In this document: positions 56,961 through 64,000 of the stretch, one piece after another | How the letters are laid out: the number at the start of each line of letters is the position of its first letter | How positions within the stretch are numbered: position 1 is the first letter of the stretch | Translations under genes and position numbers: made by a program | The notes under the pieces: generated by a model | The model's database searches: none | What the model was told of the DNA's origin: nothing | What the model saw: only the letters and a program-made list of their open reading frames with translations | Source of the DNA: Eledone cirrhosa | Taxonomy: Eukaryota | Length of the DNA stretch: 64,000 nt | Direction of reading: 5' to 3' | Assembly (NCBI GenBank): GCA_964016885.1 | Contig: OZ024753.1 | Location: 34,968,001 to 35,032,000, forward strand

Positions 56961-57300
56961 ATAATATATAAGATCAAAAGATGGTTAAAGGAGTTCCATG
57001 TATTTTATTATGTGCATTTCAAAAACAAATATCATCATGCAATAACATTTGTGTTTTCATCAGATAAAATAGGAAGACATGATATGAAGGTTAAAAAACA
57101 CTTGTGGATAGTGCAGTTTTAAATCAAGATATCTTGATTTAAAACTGCACTATCCACAAGTGTTTTTTAACCTTCATATCATGTCTTCCTATTTTATCTG
57201 ATGAAAACACAAATGTTATTGCATGATGATATTTGTTTTTGAAATGCACATAATAAAATACATGGAACTCCTTTAACCATCTTTTGATCTTATATATTAT
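56961..57300. repeat. Perfect 340-bp palindrome with no spacer
   Basis: All 17 ten-base blocks on each side checked as exact reverse complements; centre 57130/57131. Confidence 0.97.
57190..57260 (+). ncRNA. Type I hammerhead ribozyme (mirror copy on the minus strand, 57001-57071)
   Basis: Stem I UAUUUUAU/AUAAAAUA; CUGAUGA 57198-57204; long stem II; GAAA 57241-57244; minimal stem III AU(GCAC)AU; predicted cleavage AUA after 57252. Confidence 0.75.
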
Positions 57301-57388
57301 GTTTACTCCAGTCCTACAAACTGTAGAGTGCTTCTTATCCGATATCTGCATTGCTTTATTGTACTACAATAAAACTCACCTCCTACAT

Positions 57389-57516
<128 letters not shown>

Positions 57517-58009
57517 GGTATATATGTTTATGTGAATATATGAGGTCTGAAAGGTTGGTGACTGTTGAGCCATAATGAAGGCAACCTGTCTAGGAGAGTA
57601 GACACTGGATCAAAATTGATATATTGTGGAGAGGAGGAGTGTTGAGTCCAGTGAAAGAACTTCTCTAGTGCTGATGGCACAAACAATGAACCCAGTTCAC
57701 TCTGTAAAGTGGTTGATGATAGGGAGGGCATCCAGCCAGTAAAAAATAAAACCCTGCCAGAATTAGGGAAAGCACAACACATGATTCCTGATGAAGATGA
57801 TGATGATGAGGGAATATGTATATATGTATATATGTATATATATATATATTATTTTATAGAAGGAGCTTCTACAGGACTAGTACTGTTTCATTCAGATGAA
57901 ATCTTCAGGAAGCTGTAGAAGCTCCTTCTATAAAATAAAAAATTTTTACTCTGCCATGTATTGAGTACCTTACTTACTGTGGTTATCCCCGACTCAACCC
58001 GGGACCTAC

Positions 58010-58090
<81 letters not shown>

Positions 58091-58604
58091 ATATAACCAT
58101 TGTGGATTCTAATACCATTTAAAGAATGAAACAGTAAATTTTTTTTATATATTATTGTGTACATATATAATATAGCTTCCAACTGGGATTAATTATATAA
58201 ATCTCGAAAATAGCCATATACAGAAATTTGTTTCGTTGGTCTCCCTTTGACCATAAATCACCTGTAATACAAGATGGCTTGAATTTGTAATTTAAATCGC
58301 CAGACTTGTCGTTTATCGTGTCAGATTAGCACTATTCAATACTTATGGTAAAGGTATATGTGTCTGTGGAATACTCAGTCACTTGAACATTATTTTAATG
58401 TATAGGCTGTTCTGTTGATCGAATAACTAGAACATTACCTGTCAGACTCATGAAGGTTCATTTACTTTTAACCCTTTAGCATTTACATTACTCGATATAT
58501 AAAATGATAATAATTGTTTCTACTTTAGGCACAAGGCCAGCAATTACCCAGTGCATTACTGGTACTTTATTTTATCGACCCCGTAAGGATGAAAGGCAAA
58601 GTTA

Positions 58605-59242
58605 ATAATGATAATAATAATAATAATAATGAAATTATTGTGTACAGTGCTCAGGTGCACTACAACTCATCAAAGGTGCATGTATAGTACATAGAATAAT
58701 GTACAAATGTCAGGAAAATGAACAGTGTATGAGTCATGATATAATAATAATAACAATAATGAAATATTGTGTACAGTGCCCAGGTGCACCACAACTCATC
58801 AAAAAAGTGCATGTACAGTACATAGGGCAATGCACAAACATCAGTAAAATGAACAGTGCACGAGTCATGATACACACATGTGTGCATGTGTATGGAAGGG
58901 GTACATCAGGTGTAGTTTTGGCGTATTTCGGGAAGCATGAGTGTCTTAAAGGATGCAGTGTCTCGGCAGCTAACAACTGATGCAGGCAGTTTGTTCCATG
59001 CTTCAGCAACTCTGAGCGTGAAAAAATGTCTACGAAAGTCATGGGAGCTGTGCTGTTTTCTGATCTTGTAGGCATGTCCACGTGTGTTAGACACATGGAG
59101 ATCAAAGAGGCGCTCAGGGTTGCAATTGGTGAGATGGTTAAAAACTTTGTGGGTATTCACCAAGTCCATTGCCAGACGTTGGAGCTTCAATGAATCCATG
59201 CCCAGGGAAGCAAGGCGTTCAGAGTATGGTAGGTGTCTGATG
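58605..59242 (-). mobile_element. CR1 LINE 3' fragment
   Basis: Near-identical reverse copy of 51425-52046 (IRHLPYSERLASLG...EIRQNYT plus UTR). Confidence 0.9.
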
Positions 59243-59612
59243 ATAATGATAATGAAATTATTGTGTATAGTGCTCAGGTGCACTACAACTCATCAAAGGT
59301 GCATGTATAGTACAGGAAAATGAACAGTGTACGAGTCATGAAATACATGTGTGCGTGTGTATGGAGGGGGGAATATTAGGTGTAGTGTTGGTGAATCTCA
59401 GGAAGCATGGAGGTTTTAAAGGATGCAGTGTCTCGACAGCTAACAACCGATGCAGGTAGTTTGTTCCATGGAGGTTTTATAGGATGCAGTGTCTCGACAG
59501 CTAACAACTGATGCAGGTAGTTTGTTCCATGCTTCAGCAACTCTGAGAGTGAAAAAATGTTTCCGAACGTCAAGAGAGCTGTGCTGTTTTCTGACTTTGT
59601 AGGCATGCCTCT
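59243..59612 (-). mobile_element. Older CR1 3' fragment with an internal ~60 bp duplication
   Basis: WNKLPASVVSC segment duplicated at 59405-59530; related to 51590-51800. Confidence 0.8.
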
Positions 59613-60044
59613 GGTGGAGGAGGAGGAGGCAGAGGAGGAGGCGTATGAGGAGGAGGAGGAGGAGGAGGAGAAGAAGAAGAAGAAGAAGAAGAAGAAGGCA
59701 AAGTAGTAGAAGAAGAAGAAGACAAAGAAGAAGAAACGGCAGTATGTTTACAATCTAATATCTTAAGAGGGACACATATTCACACATCTAGCAAAACATA
59801 TTGATATTTTCTTCGACAACAATTTAACTTTAATGAAATATAATTGAAAATTGAAAACCAGTGCTGCAAAGACTGAGATACTTGTCCTTTCAATGAGTAC
59901 ACTGTACATGTGTGTGGAGCTCCACTGAGGTAGATGGAGAAGTTCAAGTATCACAGTGTTGTTTTCATGAGTGATAGCAGGCAGGACACTAAATTAAGTA
60001 CAAAATATATTCAGTAATGATAAACTGAAGATAAATAACCATTC

Positions 60045-60079
<35 letters not shown>

Positions 60080-60527
60080 TTAACATCTATTTTCCATTCT
60101 AGCATGGGTTAGATGGGTTTGTCCCGTTAGAGGCAAGATGGTTCAGGTGACTGTGTCTTGCTCATATACAACTGTTTCTGGCTAGATTTCTACGGCTGAA
60201 TGCCCTACCTAATGCCAACCACATTTACAGTGAATGCTGGGTGTATTTTTGTCATGATATCTACATGACCACTTTACACTGTGGACTGGGTGCTTTTTGT
60301 TGTGTCTCCTACATGACCACTTTACAGTGTGAGCTAGATGTTTTTTGTGAAACCAACATAACTTTACAGTGTAAGGGTGGTGTAGGCAGAAGTGGGAGGG
60401 TGGTGTAGGGGTGCAGGGGTGTATGGAAGGGGGTATAGTGGATTAAGAGGTGCCTACTAGGTATATGTTTGAGTCCATGCGCAAGGGAAGGCGGATCTTC
60501 TGATCAAATTAAATTATAAACACTCAA

Positions 60528-60546
60528 TTTATTTTATACTTTTATT
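60528..60546 (-). terminator. Tandem AATAAA polyadenylation signals of the ATG27/CD-MPR-like gene
   Basis: Plus-strand TTTATT at 60528-60533 and 60541-60546, about 120 nt past the stop codon. Confidence 0.5.
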
Positions 60547-60662
60547 TACAAATATAATCCACAACATTTTCACTCATAAATATTCATATTGAAGAAAAAA
60601 AAATAAAGGTTTTAAATGAAATTAGATATAAAAATTATATTCTCTGAATTTTAAGATTGTGT

Positions 60663-60731
60663 TTAGAGATTATCATAATCATTTCTCTTATTCAATTTTC
60701 CACATTTACTTGCTGTAAAGATGAAACCATC
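60663..60731 (-). CDS. ATG27/CD-MPR-like terminal coding exon: DGFIFTASKCGKLNKRNDYDNL*
   Basis: Pyrimidine-rich acceptor ending tttatttcag|, in frame with the previous exon (IK|DG). Ends in a YxxL sorting motif and TAA. Confidence 0.85.
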   Translation of the reverse strand, partial: DGFIFTASKCGKLNKRNDYDNL

Positions 60732-61045
60732 CTGAAATAAAGGAAAAAGTTATTATAGGCAGTGGCCAAATGATTAGATTGATGTACATACAGCTTAAAT
60801 ATTGTTAGATCAATTCCTGTCAGAGAGACATTGTAGGGTGCTCTGTCACATGGGACTCTTTCATAAACTGTAAATAAGAATTATTGTTTCTACTTTAGGC
60901 ACAAGGTCAGCAATTTTGGGGGGAAGGGAAAATCAATTAAATCGACCCCAGTGCATTACTGGTGCTTTATTTATCGACCCCGTAAGGATGAAAGGCAAAG
61001 CTAACCTTGGCGGGATTGAACTCAGAACATAAAGGGCTGTAAATA

Positions 61046-61330
61046 GTAATAATGATGAAAATGATTGTGTACAGTGCTCAGGTGCACTACAATTCATCAA
61101 AGATGCATGTATAGTACATAGAATAATGTACAAATGCCAGGAGAGTGAACAGTGTATGAGTCTTGATATACACACAGACGCATGCATGTGTGTGTATGGA
61201 GGGGGAATATCTGGTGCAGTGTTGGTGAATTTCAGGAAGCATGGAGGTTTTAAAGGATGCAGTGTTCCTACTGCTAACAACTGATGCAGGTAGTTTATTC
61301 TATGCTTCAGCAACTCTAAGCCTGAAAAAG
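61046..61330 (-). mobile_element. CR1 3' fragment in the ATG27/CD-MPR-like intron
   Basis: Same 3'UTR (gtacagtgctcaggtgcactac) as the other CR1 copies. Confidence 0.8.
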
Positions 61331-61366
61331 TGTTTCATTTAAGATGTTATAAGAAGAAATTCTTAC

Positions 61367-61493
61367 CTTAATATAGCCTCCACAGCCTTTCCAGAAATCT
61401 AAATTAGGAATTATTTCAGGACCAGTGAATTGTCGTACACATTTATTGATAACAGATCCTAGTATAAAATATACAAGCACCACACATAGGAAC
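61367..61493 (-). CDS. ATG27/cation-dependent mannose-6-phosphate receptor family, penultimate exon (TM + juxtamembrane): FLCVVLVYFILGSVINKCVRQFTGPEIIPNLDFWKGCGGYIK
   Basis: Acceptor cttcctcttcag|, donor AAG|gtaaga, 127 nt. The Y-x3-G...G-x-E-x-IPN-x2-FW motif is typical of CD-MPR/ATG27 tails. Confidence 0.85.
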
Positions 61494-61825
61494 CTGAAGA
61501 GGAAGATAGTGAGATGGATCAGGGATTTCGAGATTAGAAATAGGAAGTGACATAACCTCTACCTATTAATTAATATATTGATTTACCATGATCATTCAAC
61601 ACTCTGAAATGATGATAAAACAATGAACTAATTAACCTTTAACATGCTCTAGGTGACATAAGATGCTAATAGAGTAATTTCCTCTTAATACATAATACTG
61701 TGTCAAGGGAAGTAATTGATAAAAATTTCTAGCATGCTAAAGATTAAGAACCTGTCTTCAATTTTTATTTTATTTTCATTGTTCAATACACACACGTATA
61801 CATAAATGACTTTGTAGCTCTAGTA

Positions 61826-62080
61826 CAGTGATTCTCAACCAGTGTGCTGTGGCACACAGGTGTGCTGTGAGATCTTCCTAAGTGTGCCGTGAAATTTTGA
61901 ATGGCACACTAAGAAAATGCCTATGACTAGTCTGTGTCTACGGTTGTATGCCGTCTATGACTTGCCATGTTTTTATTTTGTAAAATTCAAATATTTTTCA
62001 TATATATTTAGCCAGGTGTGCCACTATTTTTTCATGTATTCCAAGGTGTACCGTTGGCACAAAAAGGTTGAGAACCACTG
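61826..62080. mobile_element. hAT-Charlie-type MITE
   Basis: TIRs CAGTGATTCTCAACC / GGTTGAGAACCACTG; perfect 8-bp TSD ctctagta. Confidence 0.9.
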
Positions 62081-63541
62081 CTCTAGTAGAATCTTCGAGG
62101 GAACCTTATGCAATGAAAGCCAACTACAAAAACTATAGTTCTCACTGTCTAATCTTGTTGAAACTATCTCTTCAATACTGCATTGGGTTCCAACCAGTGG
62201 TGCATTTAGGACAAATGAGGTCCTGCGCTGGTTAAGTTATGAGACCACTAAACATATGAAAAATTCATCATAAAAAATATTTTTAGCAGGGAGATGCGCC
62301 CCGACCCCACCTGGCCAACAGGGCCCTAAGCTTAACCCTTTAGCATTTAAACCAGCCGTATCTGGCCAGAATTCTCTTACCTCTTTCTGTTCAAACTGGC
62401 CATAACCGACCACTCATACTGATGTTAAGGTATTGTTCTCAAAAGAAATAAATTGTTTCTGATTTAGGCACAAGGTCAGCAATATGGGGGGGGTGACTCG
62501 ATTAAATCGACCCCAGTGCATTACTGGTGCTTTATTTTATCGAACCCCCGTAAGGATGAAAGGCTAAGCTAACCTCAGCAGGATTTGAACTCAGATCATA
62601 AAGGGGCTTAACCCTATGTGATAAAGCATATTGCCCAACTCTCTACTGATATTTCCAATCTACAGCCCTTCTCTACACCGTTTTTAAAATAAATTATAAG
62701 CACACCTAAGAACAATCGTAAACACAGCACTGGTTCTAACAATGCTATCGGCCCCCATCATAAACAGGTGGATACCAATATATATATTGAGTGAAGATTT
62801 CCTATAAATGAATCAATATTATATTCATGTTTCTCATTCATGTGACTCAGGCGACATTGAGCAGTTTGTAAAAAGCTTGTTCAGATAATTGCATTGGATT
62901 TTATGCTTCTGACACTAAATCGATCTAATTCCTCAAAGATTTTACACACACACACACATACGCACATACATATATATATATATATATATATAAAGTTAAA
63001 GGAATTAAAAGTTAAAAGGTAGAAGATTTTTAATATATAAATAAATAAACACACAGCACCCTCCCACTGTAAAGTGGTCGTGGAGGTGCCACGGCAAAAA
63101 AGCACCCAGCCCACACTGCAAAGTGGACGTGTAGGCGCCACAGAAAAAAGCACCCAGCACTCACTGTAAATGAGGTTTGTGTTAGGAAGGGCATCCAGCT
63201 GTAGAAATCAAGCCAAAATCAGTTCCTGTATGAGCAAGGCATGGTCAGCCGACCAGACACTGCCCACAACAGGACAACCAGTCTAACCCATGCTAGCATG
63301 GAAGAACGGACGTAAAATTGTGATGATGAGCCAAAGTCACACACAATTATATATTGTGTACATACATCTATGACTGATGCATCTGGATACATCTTCAGTG
63401 AGGTGGCTGGTATCATCGGGTGTTTCGGGTCTTTCAACATCATACACCCTTCTCCAGGTGACCCAGCTGGGGCTGAACAGACCCCGGCTTGTGTCCAGAT
63501 GGCCAGCTAGCTACCATGACTCTCCTCTTTTGATCTACAGC

Positions 63542-64000
63542 ATTATATAAATATATACTACACAATTATATAAATATATACTACACAGTTATATAAGTAT
63601 ATACTACACAGTTATATAAATATATTCTACACAATTATATAAATATATACTACACAGTTATATAAATATATACTACACAGTTATATAAATATATACTACG
63701 CAATTATATAAATATATACTACACAATTATATAAATATATACTACACAGTTATATAAATATATACTACACAATTATATAAATATATACTACACAGTTATA
63801 TAAATATATACTACAGCATTATATAAATATATACTACACAATTATATAAATATATACTACACAGTTATATAAATATATACTACACAATTATATAAATATA
63901 TACTACACAGTTATATAAATATATACTACACAATTATATAAATATATACTACACAATTATATAAATATATACTACACAATTATATACATATATACTACAC
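63542..64000. repeat. 23-bp AT-rich minisatellite
   Basis: Unit (a/g)ttatataaatatatactacaca, running to the window end. Confidence 0.95.

Noticed and set aside
57131-57190. Possible Penelope GIY-YIG C-terminal remnant (LKLHYPQVFFN)
   Set aside because: Too short and weak to support.

Overview
AT-rich, microsatellite- and repeat-dense animal DNA; the SINE/LINE repertoire suggests an octopus (cephalopod) genome, which is an inference. Two spliced minus-strand genes are supported. One is the 5' end of a neurobeachin-like (NBEAL1/2) gene: coding exon 1 at 45576-45638, a ~41.3 kb first intron, exon 2 at 4187-4278, and a CpG/CCAAT/ETS promoter near 45.8 kb. The other is the last two exons of an ATG27/cation-dependent mannose-6-phosphate-receptor-like gene (60663-61493). 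Nearly all long ORFs in the track are repeat artefacts or LINE fragments (CR1, RTE, Tx1, R4/Dong). There are two SINE families, hAT/pogo/piggyBac-like MITEs and six minisatellites, three apparently SINE-derived. The most striking unannotated signal is more than ten short non-coding elements sitting in (TA)n tracts, mostly at 39-58 kb. They carry type I hammerhead ribozyme folds with covarying stems, usually as head-to-head palindromes (up to a perfect 340 bp), and share a downstream ACUC...GAGU hairpin. They resemble Penelope-like pLTR or retrozyme-type elements. All structures were folded by eye; none is experimentally or computationally validated.
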